The notes under the pieces are model-generated. The model saw only the letters and a list, made by a program, of their open reading frames with translations, had not been told where the DNA came from and searched no databases. The position numbers were made by a program, and so were the translations under genes. DNA of 64,000 bases from Clostridia bacterium. Its GTDB lineage: Bacteria; Bacillota; Clostridia; Christensenellales; UBA1242. The stretch lies in the NCBI GenBank assembly GCA_045654505.1, contig JAZONM010000007.1, positions 50,704 through 114,703 on the forward strand. The letters are read 5' to 3'. Shown here in pieces: positions 27,569-35,315 of this stretch (its first letter is position 1; each line of letters starts with the position of its first letter).

Positions 27569-29020
27569 TTAGAATATATCGTCTATTATGTCACTTTCGT
27601 CCAAAGGTGTGATTTCTGGAAGGTCTGGCGGAACATCTTTATCACTTGGCATCGGCATTGCTGGTGCATTTTCCTCTAGGCTTTGTGCATTAGCATCTTT
27701 TTCCAAGTTTTTGAATGTAGTGATATTTCCTATCCATCTTACTGGGATATCTTCACACGCACCATTACGGTGTTTTGCAACTACGATTTGTGCCATTGTT
27801 TGTTGGCTTACAGTTTGTTCGTCTTGATCTGGACGGTGAATGAATATAACCATATCTGCGTCTTGCTCAATCGCACCACTCTCACGTAAGTCGGATAGTA
27901 CTGGTTTGTGTCCGGCACGACCTTCTACAGCACGCGACAATTGTGAAAGAAGGATTATCGGAACATTAAGTTCTTTTGCGGCAATCTTTAGGTTACGGGT
28001 AATTTCCGAAATCTCCACCTGTCTGCTTTCTACACGTTTGTTTCCAGATGACATCAATTGCAAGTAGTCAATCATAACAAGGTCAAGACCTTGTTCGCGT
28101 TGGATTTTCATACACTTAGAAAGGATTGTGAATGGTGTATTTTGTGACGAATCGTCTACAAATATATCTGCGTGTGCAAGTTGTTCTTTGGCAGCCCAAA
28201 GTTCCTTCCATTCTTTTACGGAAAGTTCGCCCTTCAATGCTTTTCCCATGTCCACATATGCTACCGAACATAGACTACGTTGGGCAATTTGGATTTTAGG
28301 CATCTCAAGTGAGAAAACAGCACATTTCTTTTTACCCTTTATGGCTGCGTGATTTACTATATTCATACCAAGGGAGGTTTTACCAAAACCTGGACGAGCA
28401 GCGATAAGTATAAGGTCACTTTTTTGAAAACCATTTGTAAGTTTGTCAAGACCGTAAAAACCTGTCGGAACACCTTGTACAGTACCCTTGTCTTTTTGTA
28501 GGGTTTCGAATTTGGAAATAACATCGTCTAGGGTATCCTTCATTGGAGTCAGGCTACTTCTTTCCTCATTTTTTCCTATCTCGAAAATATTTTTCTCAGC
28601 AAAAGCAATGGCTTTGTTTTTATCCTCGCCCTCATAAGCGGTATTGATAATCTCTTGTGATGCGGTTATTAATTGGCGCAAAACACTATCACGTTTTACT
28701 ATCTCGACATAGTGCTTGTGATTGCTCGCTGACGGAACAATATTTGTAAGTGTAGTGATGTACTCAGCACCACCCACTTTATCCATAAGTCCATTTTTGT
28801 CAAGTTCGTCAGTAAGAGTAATAAAGTCGATTGGCTTATTTTGACGTTGGACATCACCCATTGCATCAAAAATAAGTTGGTGCGCCTCGACATAAAAATC
28901 ATTGGTCTTAAGCGCATCAATAATCGCAAAACTAGCATCTCCATCAATCAAAACACAACCAAGCACACTTTGCTCGGCTTCGATATTATGTGGTAAAACT
29001 CTTGCATCTTTTTTTGCCAT
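27569..29020 (-). CDS. dnaB: Replicative DNA helicase DnaB
   Basis: PHNIEAEQSVLGCVL N-terminal motif, Walker A ARPGFGKTS, LVMIDYLQLM, SQLSRAVE. Confidence 0.95.
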   Translation of the reverse strand: MAKKDARVLPHNIEAEQSVLGCVLIDGDASFAIIDALKTNDFYVEAHQLIFDAMGDVQRQNKPIDFITLTDELDKNGLMDKVGGAEYITTLTNIVPSASNHKHYVEIVKRDSVLRQLITASQEIINTAYEGEDKNKAIAFAEKNIFEIGKNEERSSLTPMKDTLDDVISKFETLQKDKGTVQGVPTGFYGLDKLTNGFQKSDLILIAARPGFGKTSLGMNIVNHAAIKGKKKCAVFSLEMPKIQIAQRSLCSVAYVDMGKALKGELSVKEWKELWAAKEQLAHADIFVDDSSQNTPFTILSKCMKIQREQGLDLVMIDYLQLMSSGNKRVESRQVEISEITRNLKIAAKELNVPIILLSQLSRAVEGRAGHKPVLSDLRESGAIEQDADMVIFIHRPDQDEQTVSQQTMAQIVVAKHRNGACEDIPVRWIGNITTFKNLEKDANAQSLEENAPAMPMPSDKDVPPDLPEITPLDESDIIDDIF

Positions 29021-29049
29021 TTCTTCACCTGTTTTTTATTTTATTTTTC

Positions 29050-29373
29050 TTAATTTTTAGGTTTGTTGTTTTGTTTGTTTTTTCTTGCCTCTTTTTCAGC
29101 TTGGTGACGCTCTTTCAATAGGCGTCTTTTTTCTTCTTGCTCGGCAGCCTCTCTTTGAAGTCTTTTATTACGAATACTAGCAAGAATTATCTCGCCGATT
29201 AGCACAACTGCACCAAATATAGCACAGTCCACTAATACCGCAATCCAAAAATGTAGTCCTCTGCAAAGAATATTAAAAGTCAATACAAAAGGCAACGCAA
29301 TCGCAAACATTATTCCGTACTTGATTAGCGTCTTTTTCACAACACGTTTGTCAAACAAATATCTATCCATCAA
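29050..29373 (-). CDS. Hypothetical membrane protein with a Lys/Glu-rich C-terminal tail
   Basis: 107 aa with two TM helices. A 4-nt ATGA overlap with the upstream gene suggests coupling. Confidence 0.55.
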   Translation of the reverse strand: MMDRYLFDKRVVKKTLIKYGIMFAIALPFVLTFNILCRGLHFWIAVLVDCAIFGAVVLIGEIILASIRNKRLQREAAEQEEKRRLLKERHQAEKEARKNKQNNKPKN

Positions 29374-30245
29374 TCTTCTCCATCAAAATCGGGTGCATTT
29401 TCATCTAGTACAATACGCGTTTTGTATAACGTCTTCTCAAGTCTTTTTCTTGAGCGATGTACTAATATAATAACTGCTGTTATTAAAATTGTCAATACCA
29501 ATGCCAAAACGTACCACCCTGTCGAATTGGCTGTAAGGTAATAAAATACCAATTTTCCTTCAGAGTCGCTAGCACTAAACTCCCATAAGTGGCAAGTAAA
29601 ACCATTGTACTCAATTGTAGCGTCGGCATTGGTGCGCATGCGGTGATTGGTGCTTCCGTAAATCTGAGTCAGAGTCAGGTCGTCACTGTCAAAGCCCGGA
29701 ACTTTTGCGCAATATTTATCGTACAAATTTGTACCACCAATCGTAATTTCGGTCACGTCACCAAAGACATTATCGCTGGTTTGCTCATATCTTTTAATAA
29801 AGAAATTTTTACTTTCTTCAAGCCCGCCAGACTCTGTCGATTCATCACTAGAATCGTATCCATACACATACGACATAACTTCAGAGCTTCCAAAAAGTAC
29901 TTCCACGCTTATTTTATACACATTATTTTCCACAGACGACATAATTGTGCCGATATCAATTTTCTTTGAAACCTCATAATACTCTTCTATAGGCAAGCTT
30001 TGCAATCTATACTCAATTGGGAAAATGTAGTAGTGGTATAAGTCCTCTTTTATATTGTCAACCAATGTATCTATATCCACGCCTTTTTCGGTGAGTTTTT
30101 CGCCATCAAGCTCGATGGTGATTTTGTCCAAAATCTGACCACCGTCGTCGACTAGTCTTTGATACTCGATATTGGCACAACCGCCAAGCACGAAAACAAA
30201 GCATATGAGTAATATTAAACTAAATATTTTTGTCTTGCTCATCAT
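29370..30245 (-). CDS. Hypothetical lipoprotein with an additional C-terminal TM helix
   Basis: 291 aa with signal peptide plus lipobox VLGGC and a C-terminal TM (WYVLALVLTILITAVIILV). I recognise no family. Confidence 0.6.
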   Translation of the reverse strand: MMSKTKIFSLILLICFVFVLGGCANIEYQRLVDDGGQILDKITIELDGEKLTEKGVDIDTLVDNIKEDLYHYYIFPIEYRLQSLPIEEYYEVSKKIDIGTIMSSVENNVYKISVEVLFGSSEVMSYVYGYDSSDESTESGGLEESKNFFIKRYEQTSDNVFGDVTEITIGGTNLYDKYCAKVPGFDSDDLTLTQIYGSTNHRMRTNADATIEYNGFTCHLWEFSASDSEGKLVFYYLTANSTGWYVLALVLTILITAVIILVHRSRKRLEKTLYKTRIVLDENAPDFDGED

Positions 30246-30368
30246 AACTCCAATAATTATTATATATTATATCTTGTTTTTTTTCAATACAAACAAAGTC
30301 TTTTTGCAAAAATACTTACTTTACGACTTTATTTTGCCAAACATTTTTCCAAAAAACCTTTCAAATAA

Positions 30369-30397
30369 TTGCAAAACTTGGTTTCGTATACTATAAT
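30369..30397 (+). promoter_or_regulatory. Sigma70-type promoter TTGCAA-17-TATAAT
   Basis: -35 at 30369-30374, exactly 17-nt spacer, -10 at 30392-30397. In-frame ATG 30405 lies 7 nt after the -10, which would make a leaderless mRNA. Confidence 0.6.
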
Positions 30398-30404
30398 GTT
30401 ATGT

Positions 30405-31100
30405 ATGGAAAACGCAAAAAAGAGCAATTACTTAGGTACTAAGTTTTTGGTTGACAACTTAAAAAAAGACCGCAAAACCATTATGGCAGGCGGTTATTTT
30501 AAGGGTTTTGGGTTTGATGGTCTTAGCAAGGACATAACCACTAAGACATATTTTGACACCCAAGATTTCTTTTTGCAGTTGCACGGCATTACTATCAATA
30601 AAAATGACTACAAAGGAAAACTTTTTAGCGACCTTGTTGTGCGATACGAAAGCGATAAAAAACGTATTGAGTTTTTGAGTAGTTTTCCTGACACTTTCGC
30701 TATCCAAATCCCTGCAAAAAATTCTATTTTCCAACATATTGATTTTATAGCATACGCAATTGGCGAGCTTCTTCCTAGCGGAATGGGAGTAGATGTTCCG
30801 TCATTGATTGGTACAATTGCGCCTGTTGTGGTTGTAAATAAAAAGCGCGAATACATGAGATCTTTTAGTGCAAACGGATTGAAGATGTTTGTCTACTTCA
30901 CACAAGCCGAGTACTCCACTCCTCTTATACCAAAACTAAAACAACGACTTGAGATGGTGGAATTTGACAGTGACACTATCGACCATAAAAAAGAATATGA
31001 CGAATTTATTAAGAAAGTTGCTTTTTCTAATCCAAATTTGATTGAACTCCAACACAGTGATGTTCTTATAGGAAGAGAATATTTGTTTAATGTAAAATAA
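30405..31100 (+). CDS. Hypothetical protein, possibly a degenerate CYTH-like domain
   Basis: ORF 30369..31100 starts at a TTG that coincides with the -35 box, so I prefer ATG 30405 (MENAKK...). GTKFLV and TKTYFDTQDFFLQLHGITI resemble the CYTH E-x-E-x-K-FLV and DTYFDTPD..L...G..LR segments, but the acidic and basic residues are missing. Confidence 0.5.
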   Translation: MENAKKSNYLGTKFLVDNLKKDRKTIMAGGYFKGFGFDGLSKDITTKTYFDTQDFFLQLHGITINKNDYKGKLFSDLVVRYESDKKRIEFLSSFPDTFAIQIPAKNSIFQHIDFIAYAIGELLPSGMGVDVPSLIGTIAPVVVVNKKREYMRSFSANGLKMFVYFTQAEYSTPLIPKLKQRLEMVEFDSDTIDHKKEYDEFIKKVAFSNPNLIELQHSDVLIGREYLFNVK

Positions 31101-31105
31101 TAATT

Positions 31106-31131
31106 GACACCCTTTGGGTGTCTTTTTTTTT
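31106..31131 (+). terminator. Rho-independent terminator
   Basis: gacaccc-ttt-gggtgtc hairpin plus a T9 run. Confidence 0.85.
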
Positions 31132-31193
31132 GTGGCATGAAATTTTGTTTTTAAATATGAAGATTTTGTCTTATAATAAAAATGAGGTGAATT

Positions 31194-31892
31194 ATGGATA
31201 AAAAGAAAAAAATAGTTTTGTTTGGAAATATCATTTTCGCGATTTTGATTGTTGCTGCGACAATCTGTTTTATGCAAATCAAAGGCGGACTTACAATAAA
31301 ATATATCACTAAATCGACTGCAAGTGGCTTATTTGTTTTGTGTGGTGTTTTCAATCTTTTCTGTCTATACAAATTTTACAAAGGTAGCTGGAAAAGTTGG
31401 CTTTTACTGCTAGGACTTATCTTTGCAATGTCAGGCGACATTGTCCTTATAGAGCATTTTACTATTGGCGCAATTCTATTTGCAATTGGTCATATTTTCT
31501 ACCTAGCGTACTTTTTTACTCTTTACAAATTCACAATTCTTGACCTAATATTCACAGCACTACTTATCACTTTTGCAATGTTGGTTATTTTCCTATATAA
31601 AGGTTTTGAATGGAACGGCATGAAGATGCTTGTAATTGTCTACGCAATAATAATCTGCTTTATGCTTGGCAAGGCAATGGGTAATTATTTCGCTCATAAA
31701 AATGTTGCCAATCTTATCTCTTTCCTTGGTGCACTATTCTTTTTCTTCTCAGATATGATGTTGTTGTTTTTCAATTTCGCAGGGCGTCAAATAATATTTG
31801 ATTACTTCTGTGTATACACTTACTTCCCTGCAGAATTTCTTCTTGCTCTATCCCTTCTTCTGCACAAAGACCACTACAAAGAAAGAAAGTAA
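31194..31892 (+). CDS. YhhN-family (lysoplasmalogenase-like) membrane protein, paralog 1
   Basis: 232 aa, polytopic. YhhN-type motifs FAMSGDIVLIE, FAIGHIFYLAYF and FFFFSDMMLLF. Confidence 0.65.
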   Translation: MDKKKKIVLFGNIIFAILIVAATICFMQIKGGLTIKYITKSTASGLFVLCGVFNLFCLYKFYKGSWKSWLLLLGLIFAMSGDIVLIEHFTIGAILFAIGHIFYLAYFFTLYKFTILDLIFTALLITFAMLVIFLYKGFEWNGMKMLVIVYAIIICFMLGKAMGNYFAHKNVANLISFLGALFFFFSDMMLLFFNFAGRQIIFDYFCVYTYFPAEFLLALSLLLHKDHYKERK

Positions 31893-31921
31893 AAAAGACC
31901 ACATTTCGTGGTCTTTTATTT
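31887..31921. terminator. Bidirectional terminator hairpin, copy 1 of a duplicated 34-35-bp element
   Basis: aagtaaaaaagaccac-atttc-gtggtcttttattt. It serves the YhhN gene (+) and the XRE gene (-). Confidence 0.8.
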
Positions 31922-32120
31922 AATCCTCAAGTCCTAATAAATAATCAGTAGATACGCCAAAATACACTGCAAGTTTGTATATATAACTTGCCTTAGGTTC
32001 ATTTGACCCACTCTCCCAATACGAAATTGTTCTCACATCTACACCAATATTATTAGCAAGGGTTTGTCTTGATATATTGCTATCTTTTCTTAGTTGTTTT
32101 ATTACTTTACCTATATTCAT
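31920..32120 (-). CDS. XRE-family helix-turn-helix transcriptional regulator
   Basis: 66 aa: IKQLRKDSNISRQTLANNIGVDVRTISYWESGSNEP is a canonical HTH_3. Confidence 0.85.
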   Translation of the reverse strand: MNIGKVIKQLRKDSNISRQTLANNIGVDVRTISYWESGSNEPKASYIYKLAVYFGVSTDYLLGLED

Positions 32121-32152
32121 ATTTTAATTATAGAAAATATTTTCCTAATTTG

Positions 32153-32181
32153 TTGACATCGGAAATTTTTTTCACTATAAT
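32153..32181 (+). promoter_or_regulatory. Consensus promoter TTGACA-17-TATAAT driving a leaderless small ORF
   Basis: -35 at 32153-32158, 17-nt spacer, -10 at 32176-32181. ATG 32188 lies 6 nt after the -10 and there is no SD. Confidence 0.7.
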
Positions 32182-32187
32182 ATTAGT

Positions 32188-32400
32188 ATGGAAAATCTTG
32201 CAAGAAAAATTATAGAATTAAGGGATTCGTTAAATGCTTTTTTAGACAACTATTCTGAACATTCAAATAAATATTTGTCGCGAATCAATAACGAACAATT
32301 AGCTCTCATTAAAATCAATCAGATAATTGATGTAATAAATCTAAGATATTATAGAGAGCATGATTGTTTAGTTGAAATAATGAGAATTTTAATAAAGTAA
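32188..32400 (+). CDS. Small helical hypothetical protein (70 aa), possibly Spo0E-like
   Basis: MENLARKIIELRDSLNAFLDNYS...ALIKINQIIDVINLRYY loosely resembles the Spo0E-family layout (IE.LR..L ... S.ELD.LI..Y). It is divergent from the XRE gene. Confidence 0.45.
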   Translation: MENLARKIIELRDSLNAFLDNYSEHSNKYLSRINNEQLALIKINQIIDVINLRYYREHDCLVEIMRILIK

Positions 32401-32428
32401 AAAAGACCACGCATGTGGTCTTTTATTT
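32395..32428. terminator. Bidirectional terminator hairpin, copy 2 of the duplicated element
   Basis: aagtaaaaaagaccac-gcat-gtggtcttttattt. Both arms and flanks are identical to copy 1; only the loop differs. Confidence 0.8.
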
Positions 32429-33316
32429 TTAGTCGATATCAATCAATTGGTATTGTGTATTTCCAAGTCCAAGACGTTGGCTTTCTTCCACTAGGTGGAT
32501 AGCATTTTTCTCTTTCATTCGATTTACAAGGCTGGTTTTGCCCGAGTCATTAGAATTGATAATGTGGTCATAACAACATTGGTCAAGTGCAACTGGATCA
32601 GTAGATGCAAAGATTCCGATATCTGCCATTTCTGGTGGTTTTGGATTATCGTTGCAGTCACAATCTATGGAAAGATTATTGGCTACATTGATATACACCA
32701 TGTTGTTTTCACCAAAAAACTCAACAACACTTTTGCACGCTTCTGCCATGCTCTCCAAAAAAGCGTCCTGATTGTACTCATAATCCCATACCGTCTCTGT
32801 GCTCTCGGTGTTTCCCCACGAATGAATCCATGCTTTGCCACTGCGAGACGCAACCCCTATACTCATGTTTTTAAGTGCTCCGCCGAAGCCTCCCATTTGG
32901 TGTCCTTTAAAGTGAGACAACATCAACATGGAGTCGTATCTTTTGATATGACTGCCCACTATATTATAACCTTTTAAGTGCCTTCCGCCATCAAAATAAA
33001 GTTTTGTTTCTCCTTCTTCATCCATAATGTCACATGGAGCAATATCAAAATATCCGTGTTCTTTTATGGTTTTCCAGTGTTCGCTCGACTCGTATCTTCT
33101 GCCATGATATGCGGTATTACACTCAACAATTGTTCCGTTAAGTCGGTTTACAAGAGGAGCAATAAGTTTTGGATTAAGAAAATAATGACCACCCGGCTCT
33201 CCAGTAGAAATCTTTACCGCAACTTTTCCATTCAAATTTACATTCAGTACATCATAAATTTTTTGCAGACCAGCGCTACTAATATCTTTTGTAAAATAAA
33301 CTTTTGATTTTTCCAT
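32429..33316 (-). CDS. DUF362 domain-containing protein
   Basis: 295 aa. KVYFTKDIS...VAVKISTGEPGG...LSHFKGHQMGGFGGALKNMSIGVASRSGK matches the DUF362 pattern as I recall it. It has no appended ferredoxin domain. Confidence 0.65.
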   Translation of the reverse strand: MEKSKVYFTKDISSAGLQKIYDVLNVNLNGKVAVKISTGEPGGHYFLNPKLIAPLVNRLNGTIVECNTAYHGRRYESSEHWKTIKEHGYFDIAPCDIMDEEGETKLYFDGGRHLKGYNIVGSHIKRYDSMLMLSHFKGHQMGGFGGALKNMSIGVASRSGKAWIHSWGNTESTETVWDYEYNQDAFLESMAEACKSVVEFFGENNMVYINVANNLSIDCDCNDNPKPPEMADIGIFASTDPVALDQCCYDHIINSNDSGKTSLVNRMKEKNAIHLVEESQRLGLGNTQYQLIDID

Positions 33317-33325
33317 TTTTCACTC

Positions 33326-34726
33326 CTAATTGTTTTTGCTTAAAACCTTTAAAAACTTATCATCACAAGCTGCTATATGAACACCTTTCGCATTGATAAT
33401 TTTTGCTCCAGCTTTTTCGCACAATTTCATTACAGGATAATAATTCCACAATTTGTCGCCATTGTAGATAGCACCATTCAGTTTTCCAGACGCCACCCAT
33501 GCAAACGCAACCGCAATACTTCCATAGTCTCTAAAAAGCAAACTATATTCTTGCAGTGCGACCATACTTTTTATTCTTTTTGTTCCTGTAGCGGCAATAA
33601 GTCCTTTTTCAAGCGGAACGCTCTCTACTCGAGTGATTTTGCCATTTAGATATGCATTTTCTTCGTCACAATAGTAAAGTTCGTTAAGGAAAGGCAAAAA
33701 TACGACAGATGCAGTATTTATCCCCTCTCTTACGATCGCCATTTGAATACCAAATATTGGCATCTTTTTTGAAACATTCACAGTTCCGTCAATGCCATTT
33801 ATTATGATACAATTTTCTGTAAGTATATTGCTTGGCGAATACTCCTCGCTTATGATATCAAAACCAGGGTAATTTTCTTTAACTTTTTTGATTATAAATT
33901 TTTCGATATTAAGGTCAAGAGATGTCACGACATCACCCTTATTATCTTTATCCATAACAACAAAGTTTTCAACAAGCATATTGCTTGCTTGTTTTATGGT
34001 TTTTATCGCAAAATCACAGTCCCTATTCATATTCCCTCCTGTAACATTAAAGACATCTTTCTTCACATCAAAACTAAAATCCATTTGACTATGCAAAATT
34101 AAATCAAATTTGGATTGTTTAGTCATAGCTTCTGAATTAAGCTGATTTCGGCGAGCAAGACATTTCTCTTTTATATTGTCGCGATTTTTTACGCTCTCGC
34201 CATTACGGGCTCTTTTTATTCGTCGCTCGACCTCTGTATCCAAGTCGCAATCAACATATAAAAGCAGACTATTAAGCGGTTTTTTAATAAATTGCGACCC
34301 CACTCCTTCAATAATGTGGATATCGGCATTTCCCTTTAGCAAAACGTATTCGCTTTCGTCTTTTGCATCTTTTGGAATATGGTATAAGTCTACACCTTTT
34401 TTCAAATTATAGATTGTAGAATTAAAACTATTGAGACAATAACTCTCTATAAAAGAGGTAGTATATGAGGTCACGTATTCATTGCCAATACTGTCTATAT
34501 AATCGACTTTGGTTTGTTTTCTCACGTCCGATTTTATTACAAAATCATCTGTATCGACTATATTTGCAGTAAAATTATTTTTCTCAAAGCATTTTTTTAT
34601 TTCTTTAGCAAGAGTACTTTTACCACTTCCTCCTATACCCGATATGAGCAAAAACTTGACACCTGTCTTTATACAGAAATCAAAAACATTTTGTATTAAA
34701 TCATTGTATTGGATTACCTTACCCAT
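33326..34726 (-). CDS. Fusion protein: N-terminal P-loop uridine-kinase/PRK-like domain plus C-terminal inositol-monophosphatase-family-like domain
   Basis: 466 aa. Walker A is ISGIGGSGKSTLA followed by VDTDDF. The C-terminal half has ISEEYS, IINGIDGTVN (compare DPxDGT) and LWNYYPVMKLCEKAGAKI (compare WDxAAG..I..EAG). Confidence 0.65.
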   Translation of the reverse strand: MGKVIQYNDLIQNVFDFCIKTGVKFLLISGIGGSGKSTLAKEIKKCFEKNNFTANIVDTDDFVIKSDVRKQTKVDYIDSIGNEYVTSYTTSFIESYCLNSFNSTIYNLKKGVDLYHIPKDAKDESEYVLLKGNADIHIIEGVGSQFIKKPLNSLLLYVDCDLDTEVERRIKRARNGESVKNRDNIKEKCLARRNQLNSEAMTKQSKFDLILHSQMDFSFDVKKDVFNVTGGNMNRDCDFAIKTIKQASNMLVENFVVMDKDNKGDVVTSLDLNIEKFIIKKVKENYPGFDIISEEYSPSNILTENCIIINGIDGTVNVSKKMPIFGIQMAIVREGINTASVVFLPFLNELYYCDEENAYLNGKITRVESVPLEKGLIAATGTKRIKSMVALQEYSLLFRDYGSIAVAFAWVASGKLNGAIYNGDKLWNYYPVMKLCEKAGAKIINAKGVHIAACDDKFLKVLSKNN

Positions 34727-34873
34727 ATCTCACCACTTCTTTGTATGTAGAATTTGCATACAAACTTATATAACAATATTTATTATAACACAAATTGCGA
34801 CCAATGTCAGTCGATATTAAAGTAGTTGTATAAAAGAAAAACAATCCGACCTAAAAAATCGAATTGTTTCTAT

Positions 34874-34961
34874 TGGCGCAGAGACCGGGATTCGAACCCG
34901 GGGTACGTTGCCGTACACAGCCGTTCCAAGACTGCACGATCGACCACTCTGACATCTCTGC
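34874..34961 (-). tRNA. tRNA-Ser (anticodon GGA), class II with long variable arm and encoded CCA
   Basis: Reverse complement: GCAGAGATGTCAGAGTGGTCGATCGTGCAGTCTTGGAACGGCTGTGTACGGCAACGTACCCCGGGTTCGAATCCCGGTCTCTGCGCCA. It has a 7-bp acceptor stem, an anticodon stem CAGTC/GGCTG with loop TTGGAAC, a variable arm GTACG/CGTAC, a T-arm CCGGG-TTCGAAT-CCCGG and G73. As I fold it, the D-stem is weak. Confidence 0.75.
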
Positions 34962-35090
34962 ATATAAAATTATTTGTTGTTGCACCAGTCTACAAGTTTT
35001 ATTTTACTATCATTGCAAGTGGTCGACCACACAGGGTCGCCCCAAGTCCATCATGTAAGCAAAACAGGCAAGCATCCACTGGATACTTGT

Positions 35091-35119
35091 ACCACTCTGA
35101 CATCTCTGCATATAAAATT
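35091..35119 (-). repeat. 29-bp direct duplicate of the tRNA-Ser 5' end (10 nt upstream plus tRNA positions 1-19)
   Basis: accactctgacatctctgcatataaaatt at 35091-35119 is identical to 34943-34971. No matching tRNA 3' half follows. Confidence 0.9.
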
Positions 35120-35315
35120 TGTAGACATAAATGCTATTATGTAATCCATTTTGTATCAAAACCATACAAATAATTACGCCACCTATTATACTTTAATACT
35201 TACGAAAAAACAAGTTGTTTTTGTGGTAATTTAATAATAAAATATTAAAAACACTTTGAAATCAATATTAAATAATTTTTTTGTATGATATACTATAAAA
35301 AAATTGGAGGGTAAA

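Noticed and set aside
32495-33307. 160-aa and 109-aa plus-strand ORFs
   Set aside because: They are antisense to the DUF362 gene and have an implausible, Cys/His/Phe-biased composition.
34962-35109. A second tRNA gene beginning at the duplicated GCAGAGATGTCAGAGTGGT
   Set aside because: It has no T-arm (GGTTCGA-type), no 3' acceptor strand complementary to GCAGAGA, and no 7-nt anticodon loop with U33. I report it as a duplicated 5' fragment or unknown structured RNA, not as a tRNA.
34826-35173. ORF-track CDSs of 115 aa and 64 aa on the plus strand
   Set aside because: They run antisense through the tRNA-Ser gene and its duplicated fragment. They have no RBS and their apparent coding potential comes from the GC-richer RNA sequence.
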